Shown: positions 9,527 to 19,034 of the stretch, piece by piece | Layout: every line of letters begins with the position of its first letter | How positions within the stretch are numbered: the first letter of the stretch is position 1 | Virus record (IMG/VR): IMGVR_UViG_3300008262_000055 | Source of the DNA: a virus | Taxonomy: Duplodnaviria; Caudoviricetes | Reading direction: 5' to 3' (one strand) | DNA: 64,000 bases | The notes under the pieces: model-generated | Databases searched by the model: none | Seen by the model: the letters and a program-made list of their open reading frames with translations, nothing else | What the model was told of the DNA's origin: nothing | Program-made: the position numbers and the translations under genes

Positions 9527-10702
9527 TTAAGCTACTTTTAGAAGGATTGTATCTTCGTTGATACGTCCGTTAAGTTTGATATCCACAGCTTTGATATCTT
9601 CCAAGAACTTACGCAACTGTACCTTGCCCGCAGCCTTAAACTCTTTGATCTGCTCTTCGGGTTTACGTAGTGTCTTTTGAACACTTCGATTCTCATCAAA
9701 CCCTGTCAAGGTCGTACCTTTAACACCTAGCTCGTTAAACTCATTGGTAACATACTTGCCAAGTTTACGAGTTTTTGTATTAAAGATCCAAAGTTCTTTA
9801 GCACCAATGATATCTACAGGATTAATAGACACAAGTTTGAGCTTGTCGTCCTGTTTGAGATATTTCATTTTAGCTACAACTTTGGCTTTATCGGTAGGTT
9901 TCTTAGAACGTGGCTTGCGATTTACCTTAGCTTCCTGCATTAACATATCGCAGGCACCGAGGATATCATGATAAAACGCTGTTATCTTTTTAATCTGTGC
10001 TTTACTCAAATGGCTATAACCTTCTTTGAGTTGTTCACATTTACCTTCTTGTAGCTCTACATATTCATTATATTGTCTTTGATAAACATCTTTGATAACA
10101 CGAGCGTGTGCGGCCTTGACCTGCTTGCCTCTAAGCAGATTAAGAACTTTAAATGCTTTTGGATCAAAGGCTTCTGGATCTTCGCTGAAAGATTCCACAG
10201 CATCTTCTAACTCTTCAGACATCTTGTAAGATGTTTCACGCAAACGATCCTGGATAGTAACCTGCGGAACAACTGGCTTTTCTTCTACTGGTTCTTCTGG
10301 TTCATAATCATTTTTGCCTGCTTGGATAATTTCAGTAATCTGTTCTCCTAACCAAGAAGCAATGTTTTTACCATTATTAAAATCAGCACGTTGGACGGGC
10401 ATACCTTTAAGTAGGTTCGCGGCAATAGCACCCATAGTACCATTACAACGCCAGTCTTTGGTTTCTTTAAAGGCTTTGATTTGATCTTTGGTATACCCTG
10501 CCTGTGACATCCAATTAATCACTTTGGGTTTTAGATCTTTGCTGCCGGTTTCGATGCGATACCAATCCATACTAGTACGGAAATGCTTATAGAACTGCTC
10601 AGTGCTCCAAGATTCGTGTCCGTCCCATTTAGGGCTTAGGTCGCGACCTTTATTAGCTCTAGCTTCAGTCAAATGTTTAGATTTGCTTTTGGTAACAGCC
10701 AT
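9527..10702 (-). CDS. Conserved hypothetical phage protein
   Basis: 391 aa, GGAG RBS, preceded by a consensus sigma70 promoter. Confidence 0.8.
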   Translation of the reverse strand: MAVTKSKSKHLTEARANKGRDLSPKWDGHESWSTEQFYKHFRTSMDWYRIETGSKDLKPKVINWMSQAGYTKDQIKAFKETKDWRCNGTMGAIAANLLKGMPVQRADFNNGKNIASWLGEQITEIIQAGKNDYEPEEPVEEKPVVPQVTIQDRLRETSYKMSEELEDAVESFSEDPEAFDPKAFKVLNLLRGKQVKAAHARVIKDVYQRQYNEYVELQEGKCEQLKEGYSHLSKAQIKKITAFYHDILGACDMLMQEAKVNRKPRSKKPTDKAKVVAKMKYLKQDDKLKLVSINPVDIIGAKELWIFNTKTRKLGKYVTNEFNELGVKGTTLTGFDENRSVQKTLRKPEEQIKEFKAAGKVQLRKFLEDIKAVDIKLNGRINEDTILLKVA

Positions 10703-10730
10703 CGAATGCTCCTTATCAGTTAATGCAATT

Positions 10731-10759
10731 ATTATACTACCAAATTAAGTCAGTGTCAA
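10731..10759 (-). promoter_or_regulatory. sigma70-type promoter
   Basis: TTGACA-17 nt-TATAAT. Confidence 0.85.
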
Positions 10760-10936
10760 CCGCTCAATCTCTTCTATATCACCGTCTTCGGTTTCTTTAT
10801 ATATGACAGCAATTGGATAATCGCTCAAAAGAGTTTGGGCAATAGCCTTGGCCTCTTTAAGGCTCTTAGTAGTTTCGATCAATTCTTGATGGCCGATATC
10901 GTCTTCGGACCAGACCTCGTAGAGTTCCCAGGTCAT
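10745..10936 (-). CDS. Hypothetical protein
   Basis: 63 aa acidic ORF with AGGAG RBS. Confidence 0.65.
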   Translation of the reverse strand: MTWELYEVWSEDDIGHQELIETTKSLKEAKAIAQTLLSDYPIAVIYKETEDGDIEEIERLTLT

Positions 10937-10961
10937 TTTATTTTACTTTTCTCCTATTTGG

Positions 10962-11513
10962 TTAAACAAATTTCTTCCAATCTCCGTCGGGAGCTACTGC
11001 CCAACCAAGACGTTGGAGATCATTCCGGATCTCGTCGGTTATACAGCCTTCTGGCACATATCCTCTTACACCTTCAGCGTCGCCATTGCCTAACCCGTCG
11101 CCTATTCCTGAGCAGTACCAATCTATATAGTCGCCTTGTTGTCGCATATCTGCTACAATACCCCCGGCAGATCTCCAGGAAGCTGACCAATAATCTTTGT
11201 CCGGATCTTGTCTAAGGATTGGAATGACTGCTATTTTTATAAAATCATTATTACACATTGCCGCATATAAGTTTTGGGCATAGGATTCTCTGTCGCGGAC
11301 TTTTTCTAGTATCCAATCTGTGGTTACTAGATCGTATTCCATATTGTTTACACAGGCATTAGGATCATCAAATTTATGATCGTGATGGTCGATTATTTTT
11401 TCAAAGTAATCAAGATATGCTTCGCTAGGAGTTTCACCTTTTTCGGCTAGGCGTTTTTCATACCCTGTTTTTTGAAAAGTAAAACGATCAGGGCTTTTTG
11501 ATACTTTAGTCAT
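10962..11513 (-). CDS. Hypothetical protein
   Basis: Start moved to MTKVSK, overlapping the upstream stop. Confidence 0.75.
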   Translation of the reverse strand: MTKVSKSPDRFTFQKTGYEKRLAEKGETPSEAYLDYFEKIIDHHDHKFDDPNACVNNMEYDLVTTDWILEKVRDRESYAQNLYAAMCNNDFIKIAVIPILRQDPDKDYWSASWRSAGGIVADMRQQGDYIDWYCSGIGDGLGNGDAEGVRGYVPEGCITDEIRNDLQRLGWAVAPDGDWKKFV

Positions 11514-12487
11514 TGATCGGGATCTACAGCGATTCCTCGCCATTCTTTAATTTTTAGTTCATCAGTTTCGGGAACATCTTCATGCCAGTTACCAATCCAT
11601 CGAGATCCAGTCCACTTAGCTTGATATGAATAGCTGTTCTTTCCAGGAGTTTTAATTTCGTAAAGACCTTCTTTTGCTGGCTTAATTTTTTTAGGAAACC
11701 ATGGGGTCATCTCATACTCGATACTGTCCATGTCTTTATACATTTCCCATTTGCCATCTTTTTGTGATCCGGCAACATAAAAACCAAAGTCTGAACTCTT
11801 ACCGCTGGTGCTACCGCCATTGTTATCAATGTCTTCGCCGTCATATGTAACCATGCTGACAATTTCATTACCGTCAATTTCATCGTAGCTAATACATATC
11901 TTTGAACTATCAAACGGTTGATTTAATTCAAACTCGCCTTCAAAGAAGGTTCCTTTTTCATTACTAACACCAACAAATACAACAGTACCTGGTTGTTTAC
12001 TATCGATCCAAACTTCGTCTCCGCCACCTATTTCGGGGCTTCCGTCGCTGTATCCGTCAATGTCTTCTAAACTAGATTCGTAAACTACGTTACTGTTTTC
12101 GTCGCAAATTTGCAGAGTGCCAGCGTTACGATCGACACCGTTTACGTGTCCCATATCGTCACACTCATACCAACTGCCAGGGGGGAATGGCCACATATCT
12201 TCTGGTATCTCATGTTCTTCAGCATAGTCACTGTTCCAAGCAAAGTCACTTACACTAAGACGTCTGTGTTTGAAGTAATCGTAAATTTCTCGACTAACTG
12301 TTCCCATAACATACTCTCCACCGTAGCCCCACATTTGTAAAGAATATGTACACGGTGTGAATTTTAAAACATCAATAAGTTTTTGATGTTCTGCTAGTCG
12401 CTGTGCTTCTAATTCTTCTTTAGTTGGTTCAGGAGCCTCGCCAGGAGCGAATGGCCAAGAGCCTTTGGTGTTAGTTGTCATACACAA
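11510..12487 (-). CDS. Hypothetical acidic protein
   Basis: 325 aa ORF in tightly packed minus-strand run. Confidence 0.75.
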   Translation of the reverse strand: MCMTTNTKGSWPFAPGEAPEPTKEELEAQRLAEHQKLIDVLKFTPCTYSLQMWGYGGEYVMGTVSREIYDYFKHRRLSVSDFAWNSDYAEEHEIPEDMWPFPPGSWYECDDMGHVNGVDRNAGTLQICDENSNVVYESSLEDIDGYSDGSPEIGGGDEVWIDSKQPGTVVFVGVSNEKGTFFEGEFELNQPFDSSKICISYDEIDGNEIVSMVTYDGEDIDNNGGSTSGKSSDFGFYVAGSQKDGKWEMYKDMDSIEYEMTPWFPKKIKPAKEGLYEIKTPGKNSYSYQAKWTGSRWIGNWHEDVPETDELKIKEWRGIAVDPDQ

Positions 12488-12867
12488 TCCCCTTCTTGAG
12501 CTGCCTTAACTGTTTGAGATCTTTCTTTAGAACTATTTTTATCTTTACGAAATTGATCAACATCCTTGATCGCATTTTTTAAAGTTTCAGAATAATTATA
12601 TGCGGTTTGCTGGTTCATTGTCAATACCGTTTGATGTTCAAGATACCCTTTAGTCAACAAAGTCCAAATCTGTTTAAAACGATTCATAGACCACCAAGGT
12701 GATTTTACAGTAGCATATATGGTCACGGTGATACCAATGTCTTCTGCTTCTACCCAAAGATTGTGCGAGTGGTCGTCACTGCCGCAGTCGCAAACAATGT
12801 GATATGTCTTAGCATCACCCCAATCGCTCTTTTTTAAAATGCCTTCTGCTGGTGTCTGTAATTTCAT
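12478..12867 (-). CDS. Hypothetical protein (CxC...H motif)
   Basis: 129 aa, CDCGSDDHSH. Confidence 0.7.
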   Translation of the reverse strand: MKLQTPAEGILKKSDWGDAKTYHIVCDCGSDDHSHNLWVEAEDIGITVTIYATVKSPWWSMNRFKQIWTLLTKGYLEHQTVLTMNQQTAYNYSETLKNAIKDVDQFRKDKNSSKERSQTVKAAQEGDCV

Positions 12868-13079
12868 TGTAAATTTGGTCCTTGTAATTTTTGAACCCCA
12901 AACCGATTTTCGTAGATAGAGTCAACCATTTTAAGATAATCTTGTTCAGATAACGAAGTCCTATAAATGCTTAATGCCTGAACAGCCATAACAGCGGCAA
13001 TTTCTAAAGGTTTATAATCTTCAAACATTACTTCGTTAAAGGCCATATACTTATAGTACAATTCGTCTTTAGGATCCAT
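12864..13079 (-). CDS. Hypothetical protein
   Basis: 71 aa, overlapping start/stop. Confidence 0.65.
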   Translation of the reverse strand: MDPKDELYYKYMAFNEVMFEDYKPLEIAAVMAVQALSIYRTSLSEQDYLKMVDSIYENRFGVQKLQGPNLQ

Positions 13080-13248
13080 TCTGTATCTTTTCCTTTTTTA
13101 GTTGATGTCTAAATTCTCTCTTAAGCCACCACTTGAAGTTGTTAAAATATTCTTCATGAGTGTATCTAGGTATGTCGGATTGGAAATGTTCTTCGCAATT
13201 TTCATACCACAGTTCTCTAACCCAAGTTCTGAATCTAGAATTTTTCAT
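13069..13248 (-). CDS. Hypothetical protein (59 aa)
   Basis: Not in ORF track; MKNSRFRTWVRELWYENCEEH...WWLKREF fills the gap exactly. Confidence 0.65.
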   Translation of the reverse strand: MKNSRFRTWVRELWYENCEEHFQSDIPRYTHEEYFNNFKWWLKREFRHQLKKEKIQNGS

Positions 13249-13249
13249 A

Positions 13250-14074
13250 TTATGTCCAAAGTGATTGACGGACTTTGATTAATCGAATCATCATCTCTTC
13301 ATCTTCTTTATCGTATGCTTCTTCAATTTCTCGGCTCTTGTCAAGAGCTGTACGACACATTTCTGCCAGTTCTGGAGTTTTATCTTCCATGTCTAGAAGA
13401 TGATACCCCTGTTCTCTACGTAGATCGCAGTAGGCTGTCCATCCGCCAGCATCATGTGGGTCTGGACGTTTTGGATAGACTTCTTTCCACCAGGTGTAAA
13501 GTTCAATAATTTCTTTAGCAGCATTGGCTTGGTAAGTTGGTTCAGCTTCGTGCTTTTTATCATCGTCTAGGAATTCTTCGTTAGTCAGTGTTGCCGCCCA
13601 GCGTAGATATTCTAAGCCAGCTTCTGGGCAACGCCAAGTACGCCAACGCAGCCAACCGCTTCGCCACCACGGAACATTAAACTTAGTTCTAGACTCGTCG
13701 CTCCAAATACAGTGATGCCAGGCTTGTTCTATTTCAACAAAATCAACCAACTCATTGAATAGGCAAGGCAAAAAGCGGTTCCCCACGTCGCACCACTGAC
13801 CCGGTTTAATATCCCGGGGATGAGCGGTAAGACGATGAGAATGAGAAACCCAACGGTTGTTAACGTAATATCGAACATCATTGATCCTTTCTGGTATCCA
13901 GCACCAGACATTTTGGATTTTATCTAATCCTTCTTCAGCGATCCACCAACGGATCGGGTATTCGGCCTTAGCGGCCTTTTCCCACTCTGCCCATTCTTTA
14001 CCTGTGCCGCACTTTAGTTTAGTAGTGCCACGTATCCAATCGGCAAATGGAGTACAGGTCCAATAATTTCTCAT
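13250..14074 (-). CDS. Conserved hypothetical phage protein (Trp-rich)
   Basis: 274 aa, AAGGA RBS, promoter upstream. Confidence 0.8.
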   Translation of the reverse strand: MRNYWTCTPFADWIRGTTKLKCGTGKEWAEWEKAAKAEYPIRWWIAEEGLDKIQNVWCWIPERINDVRYYVNNRWVSHSHRLTAHPRDIKPGQWCDVGNRFLPCLFNELVDFVEIEQAWHHCIWSDESRTKFNVPWWRSGWLRWRTWRCPEAGLEYLRWAATLTNEEFLDDDKKHEAEPTYQANAAKEIIELYTWWKEVYPKRPDPHDAGGWTAYCDLRREQGYHLLDMEDKTPELAEMCRTALDKSREIEEAYDKEDEEMMIRLIKVRQSLWT

Positions 14075-14110
14075 ATAATTCCTTTTCAGACTTAGTAGTC
14101 GAACACTTTA

Positions 14111-14139
14111 ATTATACAATATTTTAAAAAACCTGTCAA
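14111..14139 (-). promoter_or_regulatory. sigma70-type promoter
   Basis: TTGACA-17 nt-TATAAT. Confidence 0.85.
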
Positions 14140-14146
14140 GATACTG

Positions 14147-14500
14147 TTATTTTATTAGATGTTGGGCAAGGACCATACAGCTTATCCAAGCCCAAATGGT
14201 GTTGAATCCCACAAGGGTTGGCAGTAGTTTCTTTTCACTGGCCCAAATAAGTGTTAGACTTGTTGCTAGTGTAAAGAAATATAACCACCAAATACTAATG
14301 CCAAATATCAAACCAGGAATAATGATACACGCCTTAGCCGCCCAACTAGCAAACTCTACAGTATTGTAGTCAGTCCAATACGTCTTTGTAAACCACATGC
14401 CGTAGCATTCCTTCATTTTATCAAATCCAATGTGTTGATAAACTGCCCCACATAATACTAAAAATGCCAAACATCCTGATAATATTTGTATTTCGTTCAT
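14147..14500 (-). CDS. Hypothetical membrane protein
   Basis: 117 aa with 3-4 hydrophobic segments. Confidence 0.7.
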   Translation of the reverse strand: MNEIQILSGCLAFLVLCGAVYQHIGFDKMKECYGMWFTKTYWTDYNTVEFASWAAKACIIIPGLIFGISIWWLYFFTLATSLTLIWASEKKLLPTLVGFNTIWAWISCMVLAQHLIK

Positions 14501-14880
14501 ATTTTCCTTTGGTAGCCTGATAGATTCAACATGATGCTATACTGCTCGTAGGCTTTTTTAACAGCTGCATTTGTTTGCCTATGGTATGCTTCTTCCCGCT
14601 CTTTATCCATGAGTGTTTGAAACATGTCGATTGGTTTGTCGTGATGTGCGACATAGTTGAAAAACTTACGTTCCATTTCAACTAAGGTGCGTAGTCTACC
14701 TTCTGGAATTTCTACAGTAAACACACGTTCAGTTTCGTATTCGACTACATCGTTTCGAACAAGATCGGCACGTTCTGGATCTGTAAAGAATTTCGGAGGA
14801 TAGTATCGTGCCCTGCGTTTTTGATCGTTTAGGACACGGACCTCATAGTTTTCGCAGAACTGATTCAGTTCTTTGTTCAT
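14497..14880 (-). CDS. Hypothetical protein
   Basis: 127 aa, ATGA overlaps. Confidence 0.7.
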   Translation of the reverse strand: MNKELNQFCENYEVRVLNDQKRRARYYPPKFFTDPERADLVRNDVVEYETERVFTVEIPEGRLRTLVEMERKFFNYVAHHDKPIDMFQTLMDKEREEAYHRQTNAAVKKAYEQYSIMLNLSGYQRKI

Positions 14881-15569
14881 TTACGTTCGCCAAATAGTTG
14901 TAATAGGCTCAAGAAGATATTGATAAAATCTAAGTAAAGACTTAGAGCACCCATTACTTCTGCTCGACCGTCGTTATCATAGCTGACCATTTCACGAATT
15001 TTTTGTGTATCATAAGCAGTCAACCCTAAGAATATAATCACAGCCAACGCACTGATGACCATTTGGAAAACTGTGCTGCCTATGAAAATATTAATGATAC
15101 TAGCAATGATGATCGCAATTAATCCGATAAACATAAATTGACCAATGCTATCAAGATTCTTTTTAGTAAAATACCCGTAACCGCTCATAACACCAAACAA
15201 TACTGCCGCAGCCATAAATGCTGACACAATACTGCCCATGTTATATACTACAAAAATTGTAGCAAAACTTAAACCCATTAATGCGGCAAACCCATGTAAG
15301 AATAATTGTAAAGCATTCTTACTGAGATTTTCCATAGCAAAACTAACTGCTAGAATAGCAACTAGTGGTGCGAAAATTACCACCCATTTCATAGCACCAG
15401 TAAAGAAGAATGCCATTAGATCAGCCGAGTTACCGACTAAGAAGCTGACGATCATACTAGTTAAAACTGCCAATCCCATATGTCCGTAGACTCGTCCCAT
15501 GGCCGAATTAATTGCCGATGCTGAACGATATACTGATGTTGCGTACATGTTTTTCTCCATTAAGTCCAT
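14877..15569 (-). CDS. Bax inhibitor-1 / YccA family membrane protein
   Basis: About 7 TM segments; VYGHM, AYDTQKI and ALSLYLDFINIFLSLLQLFG motifs. Confidence 0.9.
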   Translation of the reverse strand: MDLMEKNMYATSVYRSASAINSAMGRVYGHMGLAVLTSMIVSFLVGNSADLMAFFFTGAMKWVVIFAPLVAILAVSFAMENLSKNALQLFLHGFAALMGLSFATIFVVYNMGSIVSAFMAAAVLFGVMSGYGYFTKKNLDSIGQFMFIGLIAIIIASIINIFIGSTVFQMVISALAVIIFLGLTAYDTQKIREMVSYDNDGRAEVMGALSLYLDFINIFLSLLQLFGERK

Positions 15570-16129
15570 AAATCAAAATTTATTATACATCGAGGACCCT
15601 GTTTAGGAATCCCACCACCGTGTAGTATTTCTCCGTCGAATAATACCACACGACCTTTTTTTGGTTCCACTGACTGAACAATAATATTGTTCTTATCAAA
15701 GAATACTGTAGGTCCGTCGGCATCATTGACATAATAAATGACTACGGTATGCTTGCCGGGATAATCGACATGTGGTGCGTAGTGTTTTAACTCAGTGTCA
15801 TACGGTACAGTGATATAAATCCTTGCTACCATTATGTCCTTGAGAGTTAAATTATTTTTGGCACAGGCCGCTTGGGCAATCATACCAAAGTTATCTAAAT
15901 GTTCAGAAACTCTAGTATTAGATTTTAAAATGTGTACAAATGACAGCGGAGGGTGTGTTAGTTCTTTCTCCTCAGCAGTTGATTCGTACTTACATCTAAA
16001 GTCAACGGTTGGATGAACAAACTCCTCTCCGTTGACTCCTAATGTAATCAGCTCATAATAATCTTGAAGATACTCAGGAATCAAATCATCCCAAACTTTG
16101 ATCATTAGGTATCCTTTAGTATTTTCCAC
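15560..16129 (-). CDS. 2OG-Fe(II) oxygenase
   Basis: PHVD...IYYVND...PKKGRVVLFDG...H...R facial triad pattern. Confidence 0.85.
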   Translation of the reverse strand: MENTKGYLMIKVWDDLIPEYLQDYYELITLGVNGEEFVHPTVDFRCKYESTAEEKELTHPPLSFVHILKSNTRVSEHLDNFGMIAQAACAKNNLTLKDIMVARIYITVPYDTELKHYAPHVDYPGKHTVVIYYVNDADGPTVFFDKNNIIVQSVEPKKGRVVLFDGEILHGGGIPKQGPRCIINFDLWT

Positions 16130-16572
16130 ATTTTTTCTTTTTCAATCAATTCTTTTTCTAACTCTCGATATTGATTGCCAAGTTCTCTAAGAGATTCCCA
16201 CTTATCTTCGAGCTTGTGATTATGATGTAGAATATTCAATCTTTCTTCAAGTTTAGCCAGCACTTCAGATAGACTACTATCCCCAATTTTAATATCAGTG
16301 CCCTTTTCCATTTGTATACCGTCGGTATTAATCTTAATGGTACTTGGTGAGGTAAACGTGCTGCCACTAATAGTGTAATTACCAGAAGTGTAACATGTAC
16401 TGCCAGTTGTACCGCCCCATGATATTACACATGGCGATGTAATTGACGATCCGTATGAAGAATATACCGACGGATCAATATTAAAGGTATAACAGTCGGT
16501 GCCCGACGATACTGATATGTTTGAATCTGGATCAAACTCTAGATCTAGTTGATTGGGATCTTGATCGCTCAT
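16105..16572 (-). CDS. Hypothetical protein (Ser/Thr/Gly-rich N-terminus, coiled-coil C-terminus)
   Basis: 155 aa ORF. Confidence 0.7.
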   Translation of the reverse strand: MSDQDPNQLDLEFDPDSNISVSSGTDCYTFNIDPSVYSSYGSSITSPCVISWGGTTGSTCYTSGNYTISGSTFTSPSTIKINTDGIQMEKGTDIKIGDSSLSEVLAKLEERLNILHHNHKLEDKWESLRELGNQYRELEKELIEKEKMWKILKDT

Positions 16573-16769
16573 TATGCGTTGGCTTTAGCTTCTTTACGAG
16601 CATTTTTTTCTGCTGTAATTTCATTCCTTCTAACTTTAACTACCTTAGCTAATTCTGCTAGAGCTTTTCTGGCACGGGTACCTGCCGCAGAATTACCGCC
16701 GGTGAACTTAGCATCTTCTGCTAGAAACGTTTCAAATTGTGCTTTCAATTGTTCTACTGTGTTTGACAT
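16572..16769 (-). CDS. Histone H1-like (Hc1-like) small basic protein
   Basis: KF..GNSAAGTRARKAL.EL...RRNEI motif. Confidence 0.75.
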   Translation of the reverse strand: MSNTVEQLKAQFETFLAEDAKFTGGNSAAGTRARKALAELAKVVKVRRNEITAEKNARKEAKANA

Positions 16770-16812
16770 AATAATTTCCTTTTGTTAGTAGTATTCTACT
16801 TATAATAGAATC

Positions 16813-16922
16813 TGGTGTGGTCGGTAGGATTCGAACCTACAAAGACGGCGGCTATGCCTATGTCCCATTCCCAAGTGCGTTTCGCAACGGACCGGAGGTC
16901 TGCCAATTCCACTTACGACCAC
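16813..16922 (-). ncRNA. 110-nt tRNA-like RNA lacking a canonical anticodon loop
   Basis: Perfect acceptor GTGGTCG/CGACCAC, A73, encoded CCA, T-arm GTAGG-TTCGAAT-CCTAC, Leu-type D-loop GGAATTGGCAGA; ~55-nt central region instead of anticodon plus variable arms. Confidence 0.8.
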
Positions 16923-16928
16923 ATTAAT

Positions 16929-16957
16929 ATTATATACTCAACTTTAATAAAGATCAA
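16929..16957 (-). promoter_or_regulatory. sigma70-type promoter of the tRNA-like RNA
   Basis: TTGATC-17 nt-TATAAT, 6 nt before G1. Confidence 0.75.
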
Positions 16958-16984
16958 CTTTTAACTGAGTAAATATTACGCTTT

Positions 16985-17968
16985 ATGAACGACTTTCAAT
17001 CCATTCCATTCGAAGAAATAATACAATTTGGCCAAAGGACAATGTTGGATCGTCCTCTTTTTAATGTTAGCTGGATATTGGGACGTTTCTGTAATTACTC
17101 TTGTTCTTACTGTTGGCCCTATGCTCATTCAGATAAAGTAGACTTTAAGGATCTAGGACTTTATCAAAAAACCATTGATGAAATCAAAAGACAAGCTAGA
17201 CAAAACGGTTTCAATGAATTCCATTGGAGCTTTAGCGGAGGTGAACCAACAGCATATAAACATCTAGCTGATTTGGTTAAACACTTAGACGAAACTGAAA
17301 GCACCTACCAAAGTATTCACATGACTACCAATTTGAGCCCAGGTAGTAAGTGGTGGAACATTTGGGCAAGAAATACAGAAATGCTACAACGGCGTAGCAT
17401 CACAGCCAGCTATCACTCGGAGTTTGCCAAAGAGCAAGAGTTTGGCGACAAGTGTTTACAGCTAACTTATGATTTAGTACATGTTACAGTTAATCAGGTA
17501 ATGGTTCCTGATAAATTTTATGAGCTGTATGACCGCTGCGAACGATTCTATAAAAGAGGAATCAATGTAACATTAAAACCACAGAGCGATCCAACTGCTA
17601 GTTCTGTAGTATCAGGTTACACAGATGACATGATAAAATTAATGCGGGAAGGTTTTCCGCAAACAGCTAATGATGAACCAGTTTATCAAGTAGCTTTATA
17701 TGATCGTAATAGGACCGAGTATCTGTTAGATCAAGCAGAAAGGTTTAATGCTTTTAATTTTAATAAATTTGAAAATTGGAAATGTAATAGTGGTTACCAA
17801 AGTGTAGTAATTCGGGGAAATGAAGTGAAACGTGCTTACAGTTGTCATGATCCTAGTCTAGGAACACTAACTGATGGGTTTGATTTATTCCAAGAACCTA
17901 AAATATGTTCTACACCTAGTTGTGTAAGTTCGGCTGATAGTAAAATACCAAAGGTTAAAATTGTTTAA
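16985..17968 (+). CDS. Radical SAM protein
   Basis: CNYSCSYC, SFSGGEP, C-terminal Cys cluster. Confidence 0.9.
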   Translation: MNDFQSIPFEEIIQFGQRTMLDRPLFNVSWILGRFCNYSCSYCWPYAHSDKVDFKDLGLYQKTIDEIKRQARQNGFNEFHWSFSGGEPTAYKHLADLVKHLDETESTYQSIHMTTNLSPGSKWWNIWARNTEMLQRRSITASYHSEFAKEQEFGDKCLQLTYDLVHVTVNQVMVPDKFYELYDRCERFYKRGINVTLKPQSDPTASSVVSGYTDDMIKLMREGFPQTANDEPVYQVALYDRNRTEYLLDQAERFNAFNFNKFENWKCNSGYQSVVIRGNEVKRAYSCHDPSLGTLTDGFDLFQEPKICSTPSCVSSADSKIPKVKIV

Positions 17969-19034
17969 ATTTTCGCAATTAAAATCTATTCATCTTGAAA
18001 TAACTAATCGCTGTCAGGCCAGCTGTCCCATGTGTGCGAGAAATATTCGCGGTGGTATTGAAAATCCTAATCTTGTCTATACTGACTGGACTTTGTCTGA
18101 TTACAAAGCTATAATGACGCAAGAAGTAATTAATCAAGTAGAGGACATCTACTTTTGTGGAAATTACGGTGATCCAGTTATTAACAATGAACTTCCTGCT
18201 TTCTGTGAATACACTAAAAACTTAAATCCTAACATTAGAATAAGAATACACACCAACGGCAGCATCAGAAACACTCTATGGTGGCGTAAACTAGCAGATA
18301 AACTGCCAGACGATCACGCTGTGATATTTGGCATTGATGGTGTAGACGATAAAACACAAGAGATATATCGTATAGGCACTGACTACAATAAGATCATTGA
18401 CAATGCTACAGCTTTTATACAGTCTGGTGGCAATGCCGAATGGGTCTTTATACGCTTTCAACACAATCAAGATCAAGTTGAACAGGCTAGGACATTGGCT
18501 CAGAGTCTAGGGTTTAAAAAATTTACTGTGAAAAACACTTCTAGATTTGTTATGACTCCTTATCTCGATGTCCAAGATAAAAATGGAACGGCTGTTTATC
18601 AAATTAGACCACCGTCAGACATGCCTCTGACATTTATAGACAAAAAAACATTATCAATGTATAAGGACGTAGTAGAAACATCAGTTATAGAATGTAAAGT
18701 ATTAAAAGATAAAGAAATATACATTGACGCACATAAGAATTTATATCCTTGCTGTTGGTTAGCCACTGTACCGTATGCTTACGAGACAGATGATATAACA
18801 GGAAAAATTAAAAAAGAAATGAAACAACAGGATCTAGAAATACTAGATACAATTGGCACTATCAACACATTAGAAAAATCTATAAAAGACATAATCGACT
18901 CGGACGGATATCAAACTGTTTGGAACAATCGCTGGCATAATGACAAATTAATCATGTGTGCTAGAACCTGTGGTGTATCGGAACAAGCAGTATTTTCACA
19001 ACCTAAAGATCAAATAATAAATGAAACCCATTAA
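17961..19034 (+). CDS. Radical SAM protein with twitch/SPASM-like C-terminus
   Basis: CQASCPMC, GNYGDP, YPCCW...CARTC. Confidence 0.9.
   Translation: MFKFSQLKSIHLEITNRCQASCPMCARNIRGGIENPNLVYTDWTLSDYKAIMTQEVINQVEDIYFCGNYGDPVINNELPAFCEYTKNLNPNIRIRIHTNGSIRNTLWWRKLADKLPDDHAVIFGIDGVDDKTQEIYRIGTDYNKIIDNATAFIQSGGNAEWVFIRFQHNQDQVEQARTLAQSLGFKKFTVKNTSRFVMTPYLDVQDKNGTAVYQIRPPSDMPLTFIDKKTLSMYKDVVETSVIECKVLKDKEIYIDAHKNLYPCCWLATVPYAYETDDITGKIKKEMKQQDLEILDTIGTINTLEKSIKDIIDSDGYQTVWNNRWHNDKLIMCARTCGVSEQAVFSQPKDQIINETH

Noticed and set aside
16813-16922. Ordinary tRNA-Pro(TGG) from the CTTGGGA segment, an intron-containing tRNA, or tmRNA
   Set aside because: Flanks of CTTGGGA do not form an anticodon stem; no U33-type loop is restored by a position-37/38 intron; no G3:U70 and too short for tmRNA.
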